From positions 1-64,000 of the forward strand of contig JBFWVI010000007.1 of assembly GCA_050246815.1 (NCBI GenBank): 64,000 nt of DNA, in the 5' to 3' direction. Shown here in pieces: positions 55,882 through 64,000 of this stretch (positions within the stretch are counted from its first letter, which is position 1; every line of letters begins with the position of its first letter). The notes beneath the pieces are model-generated. The model saw nothing but the letters and a program-made list of their open reading frames with translations. It searched no databases and was not told the origin of the DNA. The position numbers and the translations under genes were made by a program. The DNA comes from Bdellovibrionales bacterium (lineage in GTDB: Bacteria; Bdellovibrionota; Bdellovibrionia; Bdellovibrionales; UBA1609).

Positions 55882-57984
55882 ATGAAACGTGGACTCTCCA
55901 TTCGCTATAAATTCTTATTGGTGACCACTGCGCTTTTGGTCTTTTGCGTGACGGTTTATCTGTTTATGGCCACGCAAGTCTTTCGTAAAGATAAAAAAGA
56001 ATTGGTTTACGACTTGAACCGCAGTTTGGTGACGAACTTAGCTTCAGATCTGGATTCGGTTTTCGCTTCGGCCACCGACAAGATGCGATTGGCCGCTTAT
56101 TTTTTTTACGCCCGTGATGAGCGCAACCTGGCGATCCTGCGCGAGTTGTTGGCCGCCAGCCAAGATATTGTTTACGTTGGCGGCAGTGAAGGTTTCGACA
56201 AAATGAGCAAACGCTTTTTTCAAAGCCAAAATTTCGTCGAAACCTATGCGTTGCCAGAGGACTTTTTTGAAACAGTTTTGAATGAACAAAAGCCGGTGCC
56301 TTTTGCGCGATTGCAGGCCGAAGGTGAGGCGATTTGGAACGCCAGCATCGGCAATGATGGCCCGCCTTTGATCGGCTATGGCAAGAGCGTGGTTTTAGAG
56401 GGTGCCGATGGCAAGCCCAGCGCTCACTATGCGGTGGTGGCATTTTTGCGCGCGGACCGTGTGTTGAAGGCGCTCCGTCAGGTGCGCTTAAACCAGGCTA
56501 TGATTACCAATCAGTCAGGTGAAGTCTTGGCTCATCCGGATGCGCAGGTTTTGATTCAAGGTGATGATCCAAGCGTGAAGGAACTTATCACCAAAGCGCA
56601 AAGCAATCCTGTCAAATCCAGCGTGATGCCCTACATGGAAGGGGGGCAGGAGTTTTTAGGGGCCTACGCTCGTGCCGCGAACAATCGGCTGCTGGTTTTG
56701 TCCCGGGTTTCCAGCCGATCGGCATTCGCGGTGGTGAATCAGTTTTTAGCGCGTTCGGGGCTTGTGGCGTTGATGGTTTTGAACCTTGCTTTTATTGCCG
56801 CGATTTTATTCTCGCGCTCTTTGACTCGCCCTTTGCAGGCCCTTATGGATGGCATGGAAAAAGTGGGTGAAGGTGAATTGTCGACACAGATCGAAGTGCG
56901 CTCACGTGATGAGATCGCCGCCTTGGCGAAATCGTTCAATGGCATGATTCGCGAGATCAAAAATTCGCGGGAGGCCTTGGAAGAAATTAACCGCGAGTTG
57001 GAAAATAAAGTTCGCGAGCGCACGCAGCAGTTAGAGAAACAAAACCAAGCGGTCAAGTCAGCACAAGAAAATTTACTCAAGACCACGCGTTTGGCCGCCG
57101 TCGGTGAGATCGCCGGACGTGCGGCGCATGAGGTGTTAAACCCCTTGACCACAATCTTGGCACGTTTAGAGCGTTTACAGGCACGATTAGGGCAAACGAA
57201 CGGGGCCGAGCTGAATTTGCTGCGCGACATGGTCTTAAGTTGGCGCAAAGATTTTAGCGCGGGCGGATTTGATCAATTGGTGAAGGCCTGGAAAGCTCCG
57301 TCGCAGATCAATGTCAAAGCGACCTTGTGGGATGAGGATTTAGAAAATATCGAAGCTGTGCAAAAGCAGCTGGGTGAAGAGTTGGCTCGGGTCACTCAAG
57401 ATGCGGACTTTTTGCATCGCGAAGCCCAGCGCATTGGCCGCATCGTGCAGGCGATGCGCGGATTGAGCATTGTCGAATCCGCCAAAGAACGTCATGACTT
57501 GGCGAAACTTTGCGAGGACGCGGTCAACATCATGAATGATTTGGCTTCGCAGCACAACACTCAAATCATTCTGGATTGCGCCGTAAAGCCCGCGTGGACC
57601 ATTTTAGACCAAGACGAATTTTTGCAAAGTTTGACCAACATGGTCCGTAATAGCATTCAGGCTATCCGTGAGAGACAAAATTTTCAACCACAACACGCGG
57701 GACGTGTCGAGCTGCACCTAGTTGCGGCGGGCAACCAATGGCAATTGCGGGTGCGTGACAACGGTGCCGGTATCAAACCCGAGGACCAGAAAAAACTATT
57801 TGAAAATCAGTTCAGCACAAAGCCGCGCTCAGAAGGCACCGGTTTGGGATTGAATATCAGTCGTCGGTTCATCCGAGGCGCGGGCGGCGATATTGTTTTG
57901 GAACATTCTAAAGAAGGACAAGAAACTTGTTTTGTTGTCACTTTGCCGATAGCGGATGTGGCAAACAACAGAGGTGTGGCATGA
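55882..57984 (+). CDS. Membrane sensor histidine kinase (Cache-like, HAMP, HisKA, HATPase)
   Basis: Two TM; SRDEIAALAKSFN; AHEVLNPL; DNGAGI; FSTK; GTGLGL. Confidence 0.93.
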   Translation: MKRGLSIRYKFLLVTTALLVFCVTVYLFMATQVFRKDKKELVYDLNRSLVTNLASDLDSVFASATDKMRLAAYFFYARDERNLAILRELLAASQDIVYVGGSEGFDKMSKRFFQSQNFVETYALPEDFFETVLNEQKPVPFARLQAEGEAIWNASIGNDGPPLIGYGKSVVLEGADGKPSAHYAVVAFLRADRVLKALRQVRLNQAMITNQSGEVLAHPDAQVLIQGDDPSVKELITKAQSNPVKSSVMPYMEGGQEFLGAYARAANNRLLVLSRVSSRSAFAVVNQFLARSGLVALMVLNLAFIAAILFSRSLTRPLQALMDGMEKVGEGELSTQIEVRSRDEIAALAKSFNGMIREIKNSREALEEINRELENKVRERTQQLEKQNQAVKSAQENLLKTTRLAAVGEIAGRAAHEVLNPLTTILARLERLQARLGQTNGAELNLLRDMVLSWRKDFSAGGFDQLVKAWKAPSQINVKATLWDEDLENIEAVQKQLGEELARVTQDADFLHREAQRIGRIVQAMRGLSIVESAKERHDLAKLCEDAVNIMNDLASQHNTQIILDCAVKPAWTILDQDEFLQSLTNMVRNSIQAIRERQNFQPQHAGRVELHLVAAGNQWQLRVRDNGAGIKPEDQKKLFENQFSTKPRSEGTGLGLNISRRFIRGAGGDIVLEHSKEGQETCFVVTLPIADVANNRGVA

Positions 57985-59270
57985 GTCAGGCATTCAAAGT
58001 TAAACCGAAGCAACCCGAGGTCGGCAAGCGACCTGAGCACAAATGGAATAACCGAATCCTGGTTGTTGAAGATGAGCGCGAGATCGGCCGCTTGTACAAC
58101 GAGATCTTAAGCTCGCCGCCTTCGACGGTTGTGCCCCTGCGATCTTCGCGGCAGGCGCCGCAAGTCAACAACGCAGTTCCTAAATCCACACCCCCGGGCG
58201 CCGAGTTTTCAGTTACGGTGGTTCATTCGCCAGAAGAAGCTATGGCCCAAGTCAAGCATGCCATGCAAAAGAATGAACCTTTCGCGATGGGATTCTTTGA
58301 CGTTCTTTTGGGGGCCAAACAAGACGGCATCGAACTGGTGCGCGAGCTGCACAAGCTGGATCCATTGCTTTATGCGGTTTTTGTAACCGCCTATCAAGAT
58401 CGTTCGGTGGATGCCATTAAAGGTGTTTTGGATATCGCCAAAAACGCGCATTGGGATTATTTGAGCAAGCCCTTCAGTGCCGGCGAGATCTTGCAAAAGG
58501 CGCGCAATTTCATCAGTCTTTGGAATTTAAGCCGTGAGCGTGAGATCCGCGAAGACTTGCTTGCCGAAGCTCATCGTCGTCTGCTTGAGTACGAACGATC
58601 AAGTTCAGTGGCAGCCGTCGCACGCGGGGTCAGTCACGAGTTTGGCAATATTTTGATGCAGATTATGGGCAAAGCCGATTTAGCCCGCAAAAAAAATGAG
58701 AAAGACATGCGCGAGAGCCTTGAGCTGATTTTAGAATCCAGTCATCGCGCTTCGGAAATTTTGGATCGCTTTAAACATTTAGCAAATCCAGCTGAGATGC
58801 AAAATCCAAAGGCACCGGTTTCAGTTTGTGCCCTGGTGGATGAGGCCATTGATTTGATGGAGCATGGACTGCGAACCAACAATGTGAAGGCATGCAAAAT
58901 CAAAATGGATCCGGTCGAAGTGGTGGGCAACGCGACTTCGTTGTTGCAGGTGTTGGTGAATTTAACCATCAATTCGATCCACGCCATGGAGCACGGTGGG
59001 CAAATTGACTACAGCGTGATGGCGGTTTCAGACGGGGCCGAAATTCGCGTGCGCGACTATGGGCCGGGCGTCAAACCCGAATTGTTAGAAAAAGTATTCG
59101 AACCCTTTTTTACCACCAAGGGCGAAAAAGGCACTGGGCTTGGGCTGGCGATCTGTCGCGAGATCGTCGAGATCGAGCATCGCGGTCAGCTGACCTTGCA
59201 AAACCACGGAGTCAAAGGCCTTGAAGTGGTGATTCGAATCGGCAAAGGAGGCGACGATGAGACCGCCTGA
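57981..59270 (+). CDS. Cytoplasmic hybrid REC-histidine kinase
   Basis: RILVVEDE...FFDV...VTAY...SKPF; SHEFGNIL; FEPFFTTK; GTGLGL; ATGA overlap with the upstream gene. Confidence 0.92.
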   Translation: MSQAFKVKPKQPEVGKRPEHKWNNRILVVEDEREIGRLYNEILSSPPSTVVPLRSSRQAPQVNNAVPKSTPPGAEFSVTVVHSPEEAMAQVKHAMQKNEPFAMGFFDVLLGAKQDGIELVRELHKLDPLLYAVFVTAYQDRSVDAIKGVLDIAKNAHWDYLSKPFSAGEILQKARNFISLWNLSREREIREDLLAEAHRRLLEYERSSSVAAVARGVSHEFGNILMQIMGKADLARKKNEKDMRESLELILESSHRASEILDRFKHLANPAEMQNPKAPVSVCALVDEAIDLMEHGLRTNNVKACKIKMDPVEVVGNATSLLQVLVNLTINSIHAMEHGGQIDYSVMAVSDGAEIRVRDYGPGVKPELLEKVFEPFFTTKGEKGTGLGLAICREIVEIEHRGQLTLQNHGVKGLEVVIRIGKGGDDETA

Positions 59271-59679
59271 TTTAGACACACCGATTTTATTAATCGATGA
59301 TGACGCCCTGGTGCGCAGCGTGTTGCTGGAGTACCTGCAAAGCTTCGGCTTTCGCTACATCATTGACACCAAGGATCCCGAAAAAGCCTTGCGACTGATC
59401 AAAGATCCCAAAGTGAGCATCGGGTTGGTGCTTTCGGATTGGGAAATGCCGGGTTTGAGTGGTTTGACTTTGCTTAAAGCCATGCGCAATTGTACGCACC
59501 GTAAGCGCACCCGTTTTATCATGGTCACCTCACAACAATCGATGGAGCGTTTCAAGGTGACTCAGGCCGCCCAATATAAAGTGAGTTCATACTTGGTGAA
59601 GCCTTTTCAAGCGGCAGTTTTGAAGGAACGAATTTGGAAAGTGATGGGCTGGGAGAAAGATGAGCAACAGGCAGGCTAA
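59257..59679 (+). CDS. CheY-like single-domain response regulator
   Basis: LIDDD, SDWEMPGLSG, MVTS, YLVKPF. Confidence 0.93.
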   Translation: MRPPDLDTPILLIDDDALVRSVLLEYLQSFGFRYIIDTKDPEKALRLIKDPKVSIGLVLSDWEMPGLSGLTLLKAMRNCTHRKRTRFIMVTSQQSMERFKVTQAAQYKVSSYLVKPFQAAVLKERIWKVMGWEKDEQQAG

Positions 59680-61285
59680 GCTTGCTCAATTTGGGATATG
59701 CCTATTTTGCGGTTTGTTGTTTCAGCAAGCTGACGCCATCACTTTGTCTGAAGACTTCTCATCTAACAGCCGCCAAGATCCACCTTCAACTTTGGTGTGG
59801 AACACAGTCCTGGGGCGCCTGCATCCGCCTTTGCAGGTCTTTCAGTATTCAGACGGCGGTCTTCAAAATAAAAATTTTTCTGTCGGTTCAGGCCAGCATG
59901 GCGCTTTTGAACCCAGTCGCTACGCGGAATTCAGTTCGGGTGGCGATGTCAGCGGCAATATTATTCGTTTAGACACCTCGGTTTATCAGACCCTCGAACT
60001 AACCCGCTTTCAATTGGATGCAGGCTGGACTTTGCAACCCATCGGCAATCAACCATTGATTGTGCGCGTGCTTGGAGCGGTGACCATTGCGGGGGTGATC
60101 GATTGCTCAGGGCAAAATGGTGAAGATCAAAATGGCACGCCGACGGTGGCACCAGCAGGTGGCGCTGGCCGTTGCAGCGGTGGAGCTGGCGGGGCTGGCG
60201 GAACGACCACGGCCAACGGGGGTAATGGTTCGAATGGCGGGCCGCAAATTCCCAACGGTGTTGGTCCGGGCGTGGATGGGCCCACGGCTGGGGTCGGGGC
60301 CACAGGCACCGGCTCGGGCGGCGGTGGAGGCGGTACCTATGTGCCCAGCCGGGGCGTTAGTGACGACTCTGCGGCGGGCCTTGGTGCCACTCCAGGCGCG
60401 GCCGGTTTTATGGTGGCCGACAATGACTTTGATTATGAGGGCGGTGGTTTTGGCGGCGGCGGTGGCAGTCATTACAATGCCGGCGCGCCAGCGCAAAACT
60501 CGGCCGGGGCTGGCGGCGGCGGCGGCGGCGGTTTGATTTGGTTCACAGCTGTTGGTGACATTGTGATCGAGGGTTCGGTGCTGGCCGACGGTGGCGACGG
60601 TGGAACGGGCACCAGTTTGGCGGGCGGCGGTGGCGGTGGTGCCGGCGGATCGATAGCGATGTTTGCGGGCGGCGATGTGATTTTAAGCACGGCCACAGTT
60701 TCGGCGGATGGCGGCGTGGGAGGAGGTCCTGCCGGCCGTTTGGGCGGTGATGGCGCGTCGGGACGCACCTGGTTGGTTGGTTCGAGCGGCTATTCCACTG
60801 GCGGTCCGCCGTTCGAATTTCCTGACCCCACGGTGACAGACGTAGGAACTGTGGGTTATCAAACGGGTTCTTTCACGGCCACCAGTCTTGAAAATGACAT
60901 TGGCAACAGCGGGCCCACCTTGACGACGGTGAATACCGTCAGCACTTTACCTGGCGCAAGCACCTTAACGGTGGAAGTGGCCACCGACTCGCAGACTGGC
61001 TTTACACCCGTGTGGCAGGCCACCACGGCACTGCCTTTAGAAGTCGAGCGTTTGGCCCGCTTTCGTGTGACGTTGAATAATGCGGTGGTCGCCACGCCTG
61101 CCTTTTTGGACACCCTGACGTTTGAGTTTGATGGGGTGCAAGCAAATGAATTTAACTTCGTCAGTGCATGTGGCGCTGTGAAAACACCACGTGATTTAAG
61201 GTTTAACGATAAATTATTCTGGTTGGTCTTCTTTTTGTTGCCGCTATGGAGCTATTTGCAGCTTCGTTCGCCAAGTCGACGCTAG
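59660..61285 (+). CDS. Secreted glycine-rich surface protein with C-terminal Cys/TM anchor
   Basis: Signal peptide ending ADA; GGGGG runs; ends SACG...WLVFFLLPLWSYLQLRSPSRR. Confidence 0.8.
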   Translation: MSNRQAKLAQFGICLFCGLLFQQADAITLSEDFSSNSRQDPPSTLVWNTVLGRLHPPLQVFQYSDGGLQNKNFSVGSGQHGAFEPSRYAEFSSGGDVSGNIIRLDTSVYQTLELTRFQLDAGWTLQPIGNQPLIVRVLGAVTIAGVIDCSGQNGEDQNGTPTVAPAGGAGRCSGGAGGAGGTTTANGGNGSNGGPQIPNGVGPGVDGPTAGVGATGTGSGGGGGGTYVPSRGVSDDSAAGLGATPGAAGFMVADNDFDYEGGGFGGGGGSHYNAGAPAQNSAGAGGGGGGGLIWFTAVGDIVIEGSVLADGGDGGTGTSLAGGGGGGAGGSIAMFAGGDVILSTATVSADGGVGGGPAGRLGGDGASGRTWLVGSSGYSTGGPPFEFPDPTVTDVGTVGYQTGSFTATSLENDIGNSGPTLTTVNTVSTLPGASTLTVEVATDSQTGFTPVWQATTALPLEVERLARFRVTLNNAVVATPAFLDTLTFEFDGVQANEFNFVSACGAVKTPRDLRFNDKLFWLVFFLLPLWSYLQLRSPSRR

Positions 61286-61286
61286 C

Positions 61287-63635
61287 TCACCAGTTTTTTC
61301 CAAGCTGTAAACCAAGTTGAATGGACGAAGCCTTTAGATCACCAAAGCTAAAGCTTAAGTTGAATTCACCACCGACAAAGAACCCAGAGGTGAGTGGATA
61401 CTGCCATTGGTTGTGGCTTCTTGCTTGGGTAAAGTCATCTGCAAACACCAAGTGCAGGGAGTGCTGGCGTTTGAAATCTGCGGCTTCAAGCTGACGCCAA
61501 CCAAAGTGGGGGCCAAAACCAAAATGTGCTTTGCCGTCCAAGCGCTCGAGGTCGACACGCTCCAGTCGTGTGGTTTGCTGCAAAGTACCGCCATAAAACC
61601 ATGGGCTTTGTTCATCGGCAAGACTCAAGCCCAAATGCCAATCCGTGCTGGACACGTCCTTTTGATATGGCCAAGTGGATTTGTTTTTAGGTTTCCAGGT
61701 GATGTTTTGCCAATCGCCAACCACCAGTAATTGAGTTTGCGACAAGTTCATATCCAAGTGAAAGCCCAGACCGGCAAATGAACCACCTTGCAAATCCGCC
61801 GTCACCTGCTCTTGACCCTCTTGATGCTCGCTTTGGTAGACGCCTTGCCACCAAGCCGACGCCCGATGCACTCCCACGGGTCTTATTGGGCGCGCGGGGG
61901 GTGGCTTGGTGGTCGCCATTGGCGGCGGAACGACCACGGCCAAGTCAGGCGGCGGAGTTTCGGGTTCAGGAGCCTTTGCCGGTTTTACTTTTGCGGGCAA
62001 TTCGATGGCCGGGGCGGTTTTCGTTCGAGCTGTATTCTTTGCCACTTGAGTTTTTGGCGATTTCGGTGGCGGCCAAATCGTCAGGTCCACTTTTTCAGGT
62101 AATGAGAACACACCCATGCGGCCCGAGTTTGCACCCCCTGCAACTCTATAGTAGTAAACTTGTTTATTGAAATTAGTCCAAGCATAAAAGTTGGTCGAAG
62201 TTTTTGCAATGATTTCGGGCGATTCAAAACTTGGTGAAGAAGAAATTTCAATCACATAGTGGTCCGCGCCGGGTAAGGCCTCCCAGTTGAATATCACGGG
62301 CGGCAAGGCTTTTTTAGTCTTAGTTTTACTTTTACTTTGGCCTTCCGCTGCGGGAATGAACAAGCTCCACAGCCAGTCCCAAGCATAGCGGCGTGAAGTG
62401 GGTGGGTGATAAGAAGCGCCATCTTCTTCAACCGCTGTTGGCGACCGCAGTTTGGGAGGCGCCAGTGGATCGGGTTCGCTGAAAATCGGGTAGGAGTATG
62501 CGGCGGGAATTAAAAAGTTTTCTTCATCGAATGCGGTCACGCGCCAAAACAAGGAGCCGCTTTCATTGATGGCCATTTGAACGCGCGGGTCGGCACTGGG
62601 TTGGGTTTGAATCACCTGATTAAAATTCGCATCGCGCGCCAGCTCCAGTTTGTAAGAACCCACCTGCATTTCGCTCAACCAGCCAAATAGTGTGGGGTGA
62701 TCGGTTTTCACCCGATCCCGCGGCAATGGTGTTAAGTGCACGATCTTGGGCGCCTTGAGAACTTGAATCGACAAGGTCTTCGAGATTTTATCCTTGTAAG
62801 CCAACGTCAAATGATAGCTGCCGGGCACAAACTCCAGATCAGCGCTGGATTGTTGCGATTTGACAGGCCATGCTTTTGCGCCGTGGGTGGGCGAGAGGAC
62901 TTGTAGGGTGTCGGCTTGCCCCACCCATTCAAATTTGGCGTGAATCGGGAATTGGTGAGCATAGATTTTTTGCTCTTTGCCGTCTTGCCATTTGAGATCT
63001 TGGCTGGTGGTCACCACCTCGCTGGCCTCTTCAGGATAGAGCATCACTCGTTGTTCTGAGGTGACTTTGCGTTTCAGACCATGCACGGCGTGTTGCACAT
63101 CCACTTCGCCCGAATTGACCTCGACTTCGACGCGTCCCGAGTCCACCGCGCGCAGACTGAGATCCGCTCCAGGTGTAGCGGTGATCGCCCAATCGCCACT
63201 TTTTAACTGCACGCCCCGTGCGGGATTCTGCGCACGAAGATCGCCACGCGAAAATCTGAGGCGAAAGGGTTTGTCGATTTGCTCGTCCAAAGATTCCAGC
63301 ACAACCAAAGTATTTTCGTGAAGCTCAATGTTGACATCACCTTGCAGCTTTAGCTTTGCCGTACTGCCGCTCAAGGTCAGAATCGAATCGTTTTCAAAAA
63401 GGCGGTCGCGTGTTGCCGAGTCTTCCCAAATATTCGAATCAAAGCCACGGCGTCTGACGTTTTGCCGTGCGATTTGAACTTCGCCGATGGCGGCTCGATC
63501 GTGGCTGACGGTTGATCGTGATAGCCAGTGAACAGGTAACACGCCGACGTCGCCCAAAAAGAGCAACAACTCCAACGTGAAGGTTAAAATAGCAAAGGTC
63601 AGCAGACGGCGATCCACATTCTCTTTTCGGAACAA
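61287..63635 (-). CDS. FecR-domain protein with FN3-like domains, Pro-rich linker and beta-rich C-terminus
   Basis: TM; NVRRR...LFENDSILT...IELHENTLV (FecR); YKLELARDANF...FWRV and YVIEISSSPSF...YYRV (FN3). Confidence 0.82.
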   Translation of the reverse strand: MFRKENVDRRLLTFAILTFTLELLLFLGDVGVLPVHWLSRSTVSHDRAAIGEVQIARQNVRRRGFDSNIWEDSATRDRLFENDSILTLSGSTAKLKLQGDVNIELHENTLVVLESLDEQIDKPFRLRFSRGDLRAQNPARGVQLKSGDWAITATPGADLSLRAVDSGRVEVEVNSGEVDVQHAVHGLKRKVTSEQRVMLYPEEASEVVTTSQDLKWQDGKEQKIYAHQFPIHAKFEWVGQADTLQVLSPTHGAKAWPVKSQQSSADLEFVPGSYHLTLAYKDKISKTLSIQVLKAPKIVHLTPLPRDRVKTDHPTLFGWLSEMQVGSYKLELARDANFNQVIQTQPSADPRVQMAINESGSLFWRVTAFDEENFLIPAAYSYPIFSEPDPLAPPKLRSPTAVEEDGASYHPPTSRRYAWDWLWSLFIPAAEGQSKSKTKTKKALPPVIFNWEALPGADHYVIEISSSPSFESPEIIAKTSTNFYAWTNFNKQVYYYRVAGGANSGRMGVFSLPEKVDLTIWPPPKSPKTQVAKNTARTKTAPAIELPAKVKPAKAPEPETPPPDLAVVVPPPMATTKPPPARPIRPVGVHRASAWWQGVYQSEHQEGQEQVTADLQGGSFAGLGFHLDMNLSQTQLLVVGDWQNITWKPKNKSTWPYQKDVSSTDWHLGLSLADEQSPWFYGGTLQQTTRLERVDLERLDGKAHFGFGPHFGWRQLEAADFKRQHSLHLVFADDFTQARSHNQWQYPLTSGFFVGGEFNLSFSFGDLKASSIQLGLQLGKNW

Positions 63636-63743
63636 AACATCATCATATTGATATCTTCGTGCATGACCAGACCTTGGTCGCGAGCAGTGGTTTTGGCCAA
63701 GCTGGTCTTTGCTCCTTGGCTTAAGTCCATTTATCCTGATCCC

Positions 63744-64000
63744 ATGACCACGCAGTCAGGCTCGGCCACTCAACGCCGAATTTTAGTCGTCGAAGACGAC
63801 CCGACCATCATGAATTTAATCAAGCAGGCCTTGGATGAGGCCGGTTATCAAACAGCCACCGCCAGTTCAGCGGCAGAAGCCATACACTTGATGCGTTCTT
63901 ACAAACCCAATTTAGTGCTGACCGATCAAGACATGCCCGGCTTGACGGGACTTGAGATGCTGCGTGAGTTGCGCCATCAGCTGAATTATGTGGCTTTGAT
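63744..64000 (+). CDS. Response regulator (REC domain), runs off the window
   Basis: MTTQSGSATQRRILVVEDD...VLTDQDMPGLTGLEML. Confidence 0.9.
   Translation, partial: MTTQSGSATQRRILVVEDDPTIMNLIKQALDEAGYQTATASSAAEAIHLMRSYKPNLVLTDQDMPGLTGLEMLRELRHQLNYVAL

Noticed and set aside
60160..60780. GGC-rich repeats as a DNA repeat element
   Set aside because: Explained by poly-Gly coding in the surface protein.

Overview
Chromosomal window of a predatory Bdellovibrionota-like bacterium. This is inferred from an AglRQS-type TolQ/TolR/TolR operon, many lineage-style secreted hypotheticals and FecR/PA14/Gly-rich surface proteins. The left edge holds the 3' end of an IS481-family element that interrupts a small gene, next to att-like arm repeats and tRNA-Cys(GCA), probably the border of a tRNA-integrated island. 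Core and metabolic genes: comM-like ATPase, rpmG, gloB, pdxJ, sixA-like, ppx, a complete pstSCAB-phoU-phoBR cluster with a Pho-box-like repeat, nrnA-like DHH, greA, sohB, mutM, tsaA, an acyl-CoA dehydrogenase and rpsD. Most interesting candidates: (i) an orphan plasmid-type ParA coupled to a small non-ParB partner; (ii) a sigma54-driven, apparently exported protein made of five tandem helicase-associated-like repeats; (iii) two secreted proteins with caspase-fold-like His/Cys motifs in an accessory patch; (iv) a PEGA lipoprotein / YidD-like / TPR operon; (v) a PA14 - kinase - hybrid kinase - CheY - Gly-rich anchored protein - FecR cluster. No CRISPR array or rRNA was seen. All calls rest on motif recognition by eye; no searches were run.
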